DNA of 64,000 bases from positions 1 through 64,000 of the forward strand of contig CAWEHK010000051.1 of NCBI GenBank assembly GCA_963808625.1, written 5' to 3'. This document shows, piece by piece, positions 42,815-52,349 of this stretch. This stretch comes from an uncultured delta proteobacterium. GTDB taxonomy: Bacteria; Desulfobacterota; Syntrophobacteria; Syntrophobacterales; Syntrophobacteraceae. Position 1 is the first letter of the stretch; the number at the start of each line of letters is the position of its first letter. The notes under the pieces are model-generated. The model was not told the DNA's origin. It saw only the letters and a program-made list of their open reading frames with translations, and did not search any database. The position numbers were made by a program, and so were the translations under genes.

Positions 42815-42947
42815 AAAAAAGCCACGACGACAGTCAACCCTCTTGGTCGAAAAGCCTTCGTGGCTCTGATTGTTTCCTAAAAACGCTCTGGCCTTTGCTG
42901 CGTTGCCTTCTCACCTTCCTGGTGAGGATCGCCTTCCCTTTAGCGCA
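42815..42947 (-). promoter_or_regulatory. Conserved structured leader RNA with a terminator, copy 1
   Basis: Colinear and highly similar to 50592-50725. Hairpin CUCACC-AGGAA-GGUGAG and terminator GCCACGA..UCGUGGC-U6. Confidence 0.75.
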
Positions 42948-43516
42948 GATGGGCTAAGATTTCAAGCTGAAAATGAGAAAAGAAGCACATACCGTCCGGA
43001 TTTTTTGCACCTCACGATCCGAGACTCCGATGCACGCCATATATATTAATGGAGAGCAGGTTCCGCAGACTATTATGCAGAGACCACAGCGCGGCGTAGC
43101 CGCAACCAAAACTGGGTGGGAATATTAACGATACCAACAGGTTCCAAAGAAAATCTTGGCAAAAAAACAAGAAACTCGGCATTAGTATCACAGGCAGCCG
43201 CTCGTCACGGCGAGCTGAACCTTTCAGCAGAGGATTTATACCGGAGTTTCAGTGGCTTCACATATTGCTTGACGAGCGCTCAAGGGGAAGCTAAGGAATA
43301 GCGGTCCCCGGGTTCGGAGAAAATTTCGCTCAATGAATGGGCGGGCCGGTGTGGTCCGGGGTTCGGTTTTTCCTGCCTTAATTTTATAGTATCTGGATCG
43401 AAAACATAGACTGTTTCACTGCCAGGTTACCTCGCAAATGAGGCCACGAAGGCCCCTGAGCCCGCTGTGAAAGCGGGAGGGGCGCCGGTATGTGGCACAT
43501 TCGCAAGGAGCCTATC

Positions 43517-45563
43517 ATGATTACCCGTTTCTTTTCCCTCCTGGTTCTTTTCCTGTTCGTTTTCATGCTCAGCATCGGGTTCATCGCACCCCTGGGCGGC
43601 AGCGCCGAGGCCCAGGACGACGACAGGGCAAATCCTCTTCGGATCAAGTCCCACTGGTGCGTCGTCCGCCACCGCAACCCCCAAGGAGAAGACCTATGCG
43701 CTGGAAGAGATCCTGGTGGTAGCGCCGCCTGTCATCGAGGGCAACCAGGTCAACCGCCTCGGGAGTCAGTCGACCGTTGTCAGTGAAAAACAAATCGAAG
43801 ACCTCAATGCCCAGGACCTCCCGCAAGCACTGCGCATGGTGCCCGGCGTCGTCATTTCCCGATTCAATCCCATCGGCAGTTTTGGCGGGCGGTGAGGGCG
43901 GCTCCATTTTCATTCGTGGCCAGGGCAGTTCACGGCCGGGAGCAGAAGTCCTGACGCTTATCGATGGCATCCCCAAGTTCGTAAGCGTCTGGACTCACCC
44001 TCTGATGGATGTTCTGAACGTGGATATCGCCGACAATATCCAGGTCTATAAGGGAGCGCAGCCGGTGCTCTACGGCAATATGGCGGTTGCCGGCGCGGTG
44101 GACATCACGACCAAGCGGAAGAAAGAAGACGGATTCTACACCAACCTTCAAGCCGCAGGCGGTTCCTACAACAGCGCCATCGAGGTCGCTCAGACCGGCG
44201 GCAGGATAAAGGCCCTGGACTATTACCTGGTCCAGAGCTTTCGCCGCTCGGACGGCCATCGGCCTGATGCCGACGGCGCCTTGCAGAACTACTTCGGGCA
44301 TATGGGCTACCAGATGTCGGGGAACTGGGATGCGGGCGTCACCTTCAACGCATCCAATAACTGGGCGGACGATCCCGGACGCATCGACGGCTTGGCCCCG
44401 ACCCCAGGGAACGTTCAAAACCAACGGACTACTTTACGGTGGCAACCATCGCCAACCAATACGAGTCACACGGACGGTTATTTCAAGGCCTATTCGGACG
44501 TCGGCCACATCAAATGGCTGGACCAGTTCAACACGACCACCAAGAAGAACACGGACGACACCCTGACCGATTACAACAATTACGGTTTCAGGGCTCGTCA
44601 AACGGTTAAGAGCATGGGATGGCGGGGAATTTCTCCTGGGCATGGATCTGGATGCGATCAGCGGACAGGTTGACCTGGTTTCGCCGTCGGCGGCAAGGCG
44701 GCATTGGGGCGATGAAACGTGGCATATATTTGCGCCTTACCTTGCCTTAAGTCAATTGTTCGGATCGAAAGACAGCTTCTATGCCATTCCCTCCGCCGGC
44801 GCCCGTTACTTTTCTCACGATCAGTTCGGGACCGAAATGGGGCCCCAGGCCGGGTCTGATTCTGGGGTACAAGGATACGGAATTCCATGCGATGTATTCT
44901 CGAGGCGTCAATTATCCCGGCCTCTTCGTGAAGGCGAACAGCGATCTCTTCATGCCGGGAGACAACAAATGGCAGAATTTGAGCCCCGAGACCGTCAATC
45001 ATTACGAAGTGGGCATCAGTCAGCGATACAAGAAATGGGCGAAGATCGATTTCACCCTTTTCTACGACGATGGTGACAATCGCATTGTCACGACTACGCC
45101 TCCTCCCTTCCCTCCCCTCTGGACCAATTTCGGGGCGTACCGCAACAAAGGCGTGGAAGGCACCGTGACGGTCTTTCCTCTCGATGATCTCTCCCTTTAC
45201 GCAGGAGCGACCTACCTCGACACCACGCCTTCCGATCTGCCTTATGCTCCCGAATGGAGTACGAGCTTCGGCGCGAACTACCGGTTCCTGAAATACTTTC
45301 AGGCAAGCCTGGATGCCCTTTATCTCACCGACTATTTTGTCAATTCCCGCGCCCGCAGTGCCACGGCCCTCAATATTGACAAGGTGGATGGCTATTTTCT
45401 CTTGAATGCCAAGCTCACTTATGATTTCAATATGCCTTTCCGCCAGATGAGGGGCCAGCTCTTTATCGCCGGCGAGAACTTGACCAATGCAAGCTACCAA
45501 CAAAAAGCCGGCTATCCCATGCCGGGGATAAACGGAATGGGTGGATTCAAACTGACTTTCTGA
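43517..45563 (+). CDS. TonB-dependent outer-membrane receptor 2 (frameshifted)
   Basis: AGGAG RBS, signal peptide, EEILVVAP, IFIRG..LIDGIP..VYKGAQPVLYG..GAVDITT and C-terminal GFKLTF. Confidence 0.9.
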
Positions 45564-45586
45564 AAGGATTGACGAGGGAACATCCG

Positions 45587-47076
45587 ATGCGCCGAAAATT
45601 CTTGCTTCTGGCCGCTTTGCTGGCGGTACAATTACTGTTTGTGGGCTCTCCCGGAGCGGCCCATGAAGCAGCGAACACCTATCATTGTCGACACCGATAT
45701 GGCCCTGGATGACGTCCGGGCGATCATCCTGCTGCTCAGTTCCCCGCACGTGGCCGTGACCGCCTTCGTTACCTCCGACGGCTCATCGTCTCCCGAAGCC
45801 GGCTCCCATAATCTGGAAAGGGTGCTCGCCTTCTTGGGCAAGAGCGACATCCCCGTCGGCACGGGTCGGCAGCTCAATCTGCCGCCTCCGCCCTGGCGGC
45901 CCATTTCGGAAGCGCTGGGCTGGGCGGACCTCCCCGCAGGAAGCCAGGGCACTCCCGGGGGAACACGCCCGGCGGTCCCGCTCATCCTCGAGGTGCTCTC
46001 CCAAAGCCGGGAACCGGTGAGCTATGTCTGCCTGGGGCCGCTCACCAACCTGGCCGACGTACTCCGCGAGCAACCGTCTGCGGCCCAACGGATAGCAAGC
46101 GTCATTTATTACGGCTTGCCGCCCGCAGCGCCCGATCCGGGATGGAACACGAGCCGCGACAAGGAGGCCGCGGAAATCGTGTTTCGCTCCGGCATACCCT
46201 TCTATGCCGTGCACTTGACGCCTGAACAATGGCTCACCTTCGATGCGGCGCTGTACCAGGAAATCGCCAAAATCGACACCGAACCGGCCCGCCTGATCAC
46301 CCGGCTCCACCAGCATGAAAAGACCCAGAAGCTGCTGCAGGCAAATCATTTCGTCGCCTGGGATGAATCGGTGGCATTGTACCTGGACGAACCGGCCATC
46401 GGCATTTTCAAGAAAATGGAGCAATCCGATTCCGTGTTCAGCGTGGCCGCATGGGATCGCGCCGCGGCGCGCGCCGTCTACCTGGCCATCCTCGCCAACC
46501 CGGCGACACCGGGGCTCGGCGGCCGCACCCCGGTGGTCCTCAGCGAGCTATCCCACTCAGCCGGCGCTCTTTCAGGAGGATCTCCGCCCGCTGGTTTCAA
46601 AGATCATTGCCCTCTACGGCCTCGAGGAGTGGCAGACCACCGTCCTCACCAACGAGTTGCACCGGCACTTGGGCATCTATTCCATCCTCGGCGCCAAGAT
46701 GGGAATCCGGGCGCGAGAACTGCTGTCGGCATCGCTTGATGAACTTGCCGTGGAGAGCTTCGCCGGCCTGGCACCACCGGTGAGCTGCCTCAACGACGGC
46801 TTGCAGGTGGCGACCGGGGCCAGCCTGGGAAGAGGCACCATCAGCGTGCCGACCACCGCCTCACCCACGGCCGAAGCCGTCTTTGTCAAGGGCAGCCGGA
46901 GGCTGCACCTGCGCCTGAAGGATGAGATCAGGAACCGCATTCGGGCCGATATCCAGCGGGCCGTTCAGCAGCACGGGAATCTCACCCCGGAGTATTTCAA
47001 GGAGGTGCGGAGGCTTTCCCTGCAATACTGGGCGGAGATGAACCGCGCGGAGATCTTTGAAGCCCGGTTCGAATAA
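45587..47076 (+). CDS. Nucleoside-hydrolase-like domain fused to an FmdE-like domain, probably exported (frameshifted)
   Basis: MRRKFLLLAALLA signal, IIVDTDMALDD, LGPLTN and WN..D. C-terminal NELHRHLG..GAKMG..SCLNDGLQVATGASLGRG. Confidence 0.8.
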
Positions 47077-47272
47077 CGGGCTTCCCGGAATGATCCCTGC
47101 ACCCTGGCAGGATCGCCTCAGCACTTGGCGATCGACATGACCACCGGGAAGTTTTGTCAGTAAAATTGGGCCAGGAAGGCTCCTGAGTTGAACACGGCAC
47201 GGTGGCGCTTGAGGCTTCTATATTGATGCAGCCTGCCACCGCCTATTTTTCAGTAAAAATGCAAAAAATGAT

Positions 47273-47300
47273 TTGACATTCCGTTTCTTCCATGTAGAAT
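47273..47300 (+). promoter_or_regulatory. Near-consensus sigma70 promoter
   Basis: TTGACA-16 nt-TAGAAT with an A-rich upstream tract. Confidence 0.65.
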
Positions 47301-47370
47301 GCTCTCACTTTGAGCATTGAAGCTCGAGAAACTGAGGTTATAGATCTTTCTGTTCTGAATTGGGTCATGA

Positions 47371-47409
47371 AGGCCGGAGGTGGAATGAACGTCACCTCTG
47401 GCCTTTTTT
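47371..47409 (+). terminator. Intrinsic terminator
   Basis: AGGCCGGAGGTG/CACCTCTGGCCT followed by a T tract. Confidence 0.75.
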
Positions 47410-48063
47410 GTCTTTGAGTAAGAGACTCAACTCGCTGAGACTGTTCGGGAGACGGATATCTTCTTCCTGTGTGCATAATCTGCTTTGTGCGCACCTGTTA
47501 ACAGGACCAATGACGAGAGTAGTGATGAACCGGGAGTTGCAAACAGAGCAAGTTTTGCAGAGTGGCGGAGTAATATTGTCACCTCTTGATGTGATCTTGT
47601 GAATGATGTGCTCCTCCGGGCAGTCATCTCAAAGTAGTAGACAGAGTTGTAGGTTCAAAAAAATTTAACGCAGGGCGCAAACCGATCTCCTCGGGTCGTA
47701 TACGCCGTAACACCAAAGGGGGCCAGAAGGCCCCCTATCCTTCCTCATCAAAAGATAGAAACATGATCGGATGCTTGCTTCGCAGCCGATGTTTCGTGGT
47801 GAATAGATATTATCATATTTGTGGTCCTGGCAGTCTGATAGTTCTTAGCCTACGAGAAGGTGAACTTCCTTGAGCGTTTGCAGGAAAGAGCCCAACGCAT
47901 GGCGCGCCAGGGGAATTGGAAAACAAGGTTAGGAGTGTGGTCACGAAGGCCAGCAGTGATGCTGGCTTTCGTGTTTTGGTGCGCTGGTGGGAGCCGGAAA
48001 CTGCCGTTCACTTTGAGAATCCTTCGACTTCGATGCAGGCCGGTGCTGCAGGAGGAGGTTGCC

Positions 48064-49174
48064 ATGCCCGTCAACCGGAAGCGCGACGCGCTGGTTTTGG
48101 ACCAGGGGGAAATCGAGAGGCTTCAAACCATTCAATCCTCAGGAAAGGAATCTCCTTGGTCCGTCGTTCGTGCGGGAATTCTATTACGATACGCCCGCGG
48201 TGAAGCCATCAGCGAAATTGCCCGCCAAGAAGGTGTGAGCCGCCCCACCGTCCAGCATTGCCTCGACAAGGCTTTGTCGGGGGGCATAGAGACGGCGATT
48301 CGCGACCTGTCCCGTACGGGACGGCCCTCCATGGTGACCGCTGAAGACAAGGCCTGGGTAATGCACCTTGCTTGCTCCAGGCCCAGAGAGCATGGATATG
48401 AGTCAGAAGAATGGACTTTGAGCCAATTGACCAGCCATGTTCGAAAACACGCAACAGAGACAGATCATCTCTCGTCGAGATGCTCAGAAATACATTATTC
48501 GTACGATAATAAAGGAGTCGGCAGGTAGTCCCCACAATGTGGCCTATTATTCCGACCGACGGGAGCCGGAAGACGGGGCAAGAATGGCTTCCCTCTTTGC
48601 CGTCGCCAAGGATGTTGAACTGCTGCTGGAAACCGGCGCAGAGAGGGGCATCAGGAACACAGAAATCCCCCACAGCCGCCCCCGGAACTCCAAGGGGCGT
48701 GCTGCCACCGATATTACCGCGGACCTGGTTTCAGAACCGAATTCGCATCCCTTCTGGTTCAGAGACTACGAACGCGACCAGCTCGGGAGGGTTCATCTGC
48801 TGGCTGGGATTGATCTTTGCGATGGTCACGTCATCGCGACGGTTTGCGACAAGAGCCGGAAGCAGGGGTTTGTCGATTTCCTGGAGGTTGCCGACGACCA
48901 CTACCCGCCGGACTGGCGAATCAGGATTTTGCTAGGCGGCCGCTCGGCCGATGTCTCCAGACAGAACATGAAAGCACTGAGAAGATACCCCAATCGCTTC
49001 GAGTTCGTTCACGCCGATGGGGATGAATCGTGGCTGAACCTTGTTGATCTTTTTTTCACCAGAATGACACGAGGGTTCGTCAGGTCGATACGGGCAAAAT
49101 CAAAGGCAGAGTGTATCAACCGCATCAATGATTACGTCGGAGAGATCAATTTCCTGCCGGCCGGCATCACCTGA
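48064..49174 (+). mobile_element. IS630-family transposase-like gene, degenerate
   Basis: RAGILL..ISEIAR..VSRPTV HTH, DLSRTGRP, WTLSQL, then LLAGIDL..G.V, PNRFEFVH..SWLNLV. Canonical DDE positions appear substituted. Confidence 0.8.
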
Positions 49175-49254
49175 CTTTGCCGTCCGAAAGTGAGCAAGCT
49201 CAGCCGTAGATACCCTCTCCCCTTTTGACACCGAATACGGCGCCCCATCCCGAA

Positions 49255-49464
49255 TCAGGCATGAATTTCGACGGTAAAATCTTCCACGAACAGAATCCGG
49301 CGGAGGTTGAGATTGATTTCCTGAATCCGGGCCGTCATCCGGTACTGCCGCCCGTATATGTCATGGATGAAGACTTCCTCTCTTTCAGACGCAACGATGT
49401 TAACATTCTCAAGGATGAGTTGCGCCCTTCCACCCCGCACCAGATAGGCTTCGACCTCGCACAT
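49255..49464 (-). CDS. CooT-family nickel-binding protein
   Basis: MCEVEAYL..ILENV..DIYG..ARIQEINL, with the conserved Cys2 of this family. Confidence 0.8.
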   Translation of the reverse strand: MCEVEAYLVRGGRAQLILENVNIVASEREEVFIHDIYGRQYRMTARIQEINLNLRRILFVEDFTVEIHA

Positions 49465-49515
49465 ACTCGTCCTCCTCAATCGATGCTGCTCGGTTCGACC
49501 TTTTGCTCCTGATTC

Positions 49516-50019
49516 TCAGGCCTTCAAGTGTTTGACAGGTTTCTCAACACCGAGGGACGAATTTTGAGACCGAGATTGATGTCGGATTTGGGCAAGGTCG
49601 CTGCCATTCATGATGGCGGACAGATGTTCGTTGACCAGCTTGTCAACCAGATGAGGCAGAGGGGTAAAGACGGTGCCCACAATGACCACAGGTTCCAGGG
49701 TGAGGGGCAGCAGCAGTTTGATCGCCTTCGCTGCACCGGTTGCGTGGGCCATGGCCGGACTGACCTCTCCCATCATCGCGTTGCTGATGATAATCGAAAT
49801 CGGTCCGATGATCACATCCACCTGATGGACACAATGACAGACGGCGTTTTCTCCGGTCGCACCCCGGTTTGCACCGACTTTCATCATCTGGGAAGTCGCC
49901 ACAGCATTGGTTCCGATGGCCCAGATTTCCACCCTCTCGCCATAGGCCTGCCTGATCTCTCTGATGATAGCGGAACCGATACCCGCTCCCTGTCCATCTA
50001 TTACTGCGATCCGGATCAC
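49516..50019 (-). CDS. DUF3842-like protein
   Basis: IAVIDGQGAGIG, GTNAVAT.QMMK.GANRGATGENA and MMGEVSPAMA. Confidence 0.85.
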   Translation of the reverse strand: MIRIAVIDGQGAGIGSAIIREIRQAYGERVEIWAIGTNAVATSQMMKVGANRGATGENAVCHCVHQVDVIIGPISIIISNAMMGEVSPAMAHATGAAKAIKLLLPLTLEPVVIVGTVFTPLPHLVDKLVNEHLSAIMNGSDLAQIRHQSRSQNSSLGVEKPVKHLKA

Positions 50020-50037
50020 AATCCCACTCCCTGAAAC

Positions 50038-50226
50038 TTAGCCTTCTTCCAGCACGATCCGGTGATTGACGAGATTCATCTCTTTAATGCGTCCCTTCAC
50101 CCAGCGCTGTTGTCCAAAGATGCCCTGAATGAAAACGTTCTCACTATCGGGCTTGATGATATCCGCGCTTTCCATAATGAGCTCTTCTTTCCCTCCAACG
50201 AGCAAATAAACGTTTGCCTCACACAT
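50038..50226 (-). CDS. CooT-family nickel-binding protein
   Basis: MCEANVYL..EELIMES..IFGQQ..IKEMNLVNHRIVL. Confidence 0.85.
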   Translation of the reverse strand: MCEANVYLLVGGKEELIMESADIIKPDSENVFIQGIFGQQRWVKGRIKEMNLVNHRIVLEEG

Positions 50227-50591
50227 CTTCTCATCCTTTCTCCCCAGTCTGCGTCCTTAGCAAACTGCGGCATTGAGATCCTGAAAGCATTGCTTCGAGA
50301 AAACGCCCTCTCACCTCCGAAAACACTCTCCGCTCGTGCCAAAGATTGCCGTGAAGCTTTTCGTCTCTCCTCCTTCCTCCTGAGGGCATGGCGTCGCATG
50401 AACAAGAAAAGCCACACAACGCGGTTCACCCATCTCCGGGCAGGTTAAAGACTTTCGCAGCCTTTGCTTCACAAGCTGAACGGAAAGCTTTCCGCAACAC
50501 AAATGTTCGCTGATTTACGAGAAAGGCACAAGAAACGCCTCAGTCGAGGCAGGTATCAACAGAGGGGCGGGAGCGCGTGGTGCTGTCGGAC

Positions 50592-50725
50592 AAAAAAATC
50601 CACGACGACATTCAACCCCTTTGGTCGAAAAGCCTTCGTGGCTCTGATTGTGTTCCTAAAATGCTTTGGTTGTTGCTGAGTTACTCTCTTACCTTCCTGG
50701 TAAGCATCGCCTTGTTTTTAGCGCA
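50592..50725 (-). promoter_or_regulatory. Conserved structured leader RNA with a terminator, copy 2
   Basis: Homologue of 42815-42947. Hairpin CUUACC-AGGAA-GGUAAG and terminator CCACGA..UCGUGG followed by A and U7. Confidence 0.75.
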
Positions 50726-50826
50726 TTCGGTGTGGAATTACAAGATCAAAGTCTCCATGCAATTGCCATGGGAGAGAGATTTTGTTCTGTTGACCTATGT
50801 CGATAAGCATGGTAGGCGTTGTAGGG

Positions 50827-50841
50827 CAATACATAGTATTG
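50827..50841. promoter_or_regulatory. Palindrome between divergent metal operons, possible metalloregulator operator
   Basis: CAATAC-ATA-GTATTG. Confidence 0.35.
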
Positions 50842-50900
50842 TAAATAACCTGGAGTCAGGAACTCCGGAACACGCCATAACCAAGCGAATGAAATGTAAA

Positions 50901-50957
50901 GCCATGAAGGCTTGCGATCCTCTTAAGGGGACGTTTGCCCTCATGGCTTTTTATTTT
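50901..50957 (+). terminator. Leader terminator/attenuator upstream of cbiM
   Basis: GCCATGAAGGC...GCCCTCATGGC followed by a T tract, about 65 nt before the cbiM start. Confidence 0.7.
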
Positions 50958-51022
50958 ATGGCGTTCTGGATAGCAGGCGGTGTTTTCGACTCTAATGGTT
51001 CACACATCCGGGAAGGAAAGAG

Positions 51023-51628
51023 ATGCACATTTCTGAAGGAGTGCTCAGTCCGGCGGTCCTGGGCGCCGGGGCCGCGTTGGCGGCCGTGGGAACCGCCATT
51101 GGTCTGAAAAAGATGGAATACGATGCCATTCCCAGGGTGGCCATCCTGTCCGCCGCTTTCTTTGTGGCCACCCTGATTCATGTGCCGGTAGGACCAGTCG
51201 GTTTGCACCTCGTGCTAAACGGCCTCATGGGGCTGCTGTTGGGGTGGACGGCGGTGCCCGCTATCCTGATCGCCCTGTTCCTGCAGGCCCTCCTCTTCCA
51301 GTTCGGAGGGCTGACCGTGTTAGGGGCGAATACGGTCATCATGGCTCTCCCTGCCGTGGTCTGTTTCTATTTGTTTCGCCCCTTGTTTCGTCGTCCCGGT
51401 ATCGCTCAGTCGGTGGGGGCTTTTGCCTGCGGTTTCACCGCTATTTTGCTCAGCGCGCTGTTGGTGGCCGTAGCCCTCATTTCCACCGGCCAGGCCTTTT
51501 TGCAAGTGGCCGAACTGGCCGTTCTGGCCCATATTCCGGTGATGTTCATCGAAGCCATCGTCACCCTGTTTATTTTCCTGTTTCTTAGAAAGGTTCGCCC
51601 CGAAATGCTGGAGGATTTGTATGCCTAA
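51023..51628 (+). CDS. cbiM: ECF Co/Ni transporter substrate component CbiM/NikM
   Basis: MHISEGVL N-terminus and LQALLFQFGGLTVLGAN. Confidence 0.92.
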   Translation: MHISEGVLSPAVLGAGAALAAVGTAIGLKKMEYDAIPRVAILSAAFFVATLIHVPVGPVGLHLVLNGLMGLLLGWTAVPAILIALFLQALLFQFGGLTVLGANTVIMALPAVVCFYLFRPLFRRPGIAQSVGAFACGFTAILLSALLVAVALISTGQAFLQVAELAVLAHIPVMFIEAIVTLFIFLFLRKVRPEMLEDLYA

Positions 51629-52349
51629 ACAGACGCCACCAATATTCGCCAGTGATTCTTTCCTTTATCGTCCGATCTCCGCTAAAACCTCCCACCCTTG
51701 GCTCATCCCGATCATGCTTTGCCTCTGCCTCCTGACCCTGGCCTCCCCGGCCCTGGCCCATCGGGTGCTCGTCTTCGCCTATGCCGAAGGCGACACCATC
51801 CATACCGAAAGCAAATTCGTGGGCAGCGGTGCGGTGCAACAAGGGAAGGTGCAGATCCTGGATCAAAAAACCGGGAAGGTCCTCTTGACCGGGACTACCG
51901 ACGACCAGGGCAAATTCTCTTTCAAAATTCCCCCCGAGGCTGCCGCCCAAAGGCTGGATCTGCTCGTCGTGGTGGAGGCCTCTATGGGCCACCGTGGCGA
52001 ATGGCAGATGAAAGCCCACAGCTATCTTCCAGGCGCTGAAACGGCTGCCGGCGCGGCTACTCCCGTCGCGCCAAGCCCTGCTGCTGCCGGCGCACCAACT
52101 TCGGAGGCCCCTGCAACCCCGACGCCGCTGGCTCCTCCCGATATCAGGGCGCCCGCCGTCGACCGGCAGATGCTGGAGGAGACCCTGAATAAGGTTTTGG
52201 AACGCCAACTCGCCCCCATCAAGGAAATGCTGGCGGAATCACAGGTGCACAAGACTACCCTGACCGACATCATCGGCGGCATCGGTTATATCATGGGCAT
52301 CTTTGGCCTGCTGGCCTATTTTCAGAGTAAGAAGAAGAAGGATTCGTGA
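51621..52349 (+). CDS. CbiL/NikL-like accessory membrane protein
   Basis: Signal ending ALA-HRV, GTTDDQGKFSF, MGH and C-terminal IIGGIGYIMGIFG. Confidence 0.7.
   Translation: MPKQTPPIFASDSFLYRPISAKTSHPWLIPIMLCLCLLTLASPALAHRVLVFAYAEGDTIHTESKFVGSGAVQQGKVQILDQKTGKVLLTGTTDDQGKFSFKIPPEAAAQRLDLLVVVEASMGHRGEWQMKAHSYLPGAETAAGAATPVAPSPAAAGAPTSEAPATPTPLAPPDIRAPAVDRQMLEETLNKVLERQLAPIKEMLAESQVHKTTLTDIIGGIGYIMGIFGLLAYFQSKKKKDS

Noticed and set aside
43084..43190. Possible additional MITE (GCGGCGTAGCCGCAACCAAA...)
   Set aside because: It looks like a dispersed repeat, but I could not define terminal repeats or a target duplication and there is only one copy in the window.
42700..43500. Cobalamin riboswitch upstream of the TonB receptors
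   Set aside because: I could not find the B12-box or GGGAA/GCCACUG core. The leader of the Btu-like operon lies beyond the right edge of the window.
42670..51107. Plus-strand ORFs 42670-42957 and 50577-51107 sharing HDD.QP.WSKSLRGSDC as a protein family
   Set aside because: The similarity is confined to the antisense of the conserved RNA element, includes compensating indels and a base-pair covariation, and the ORFs have unrelated starts and ends.
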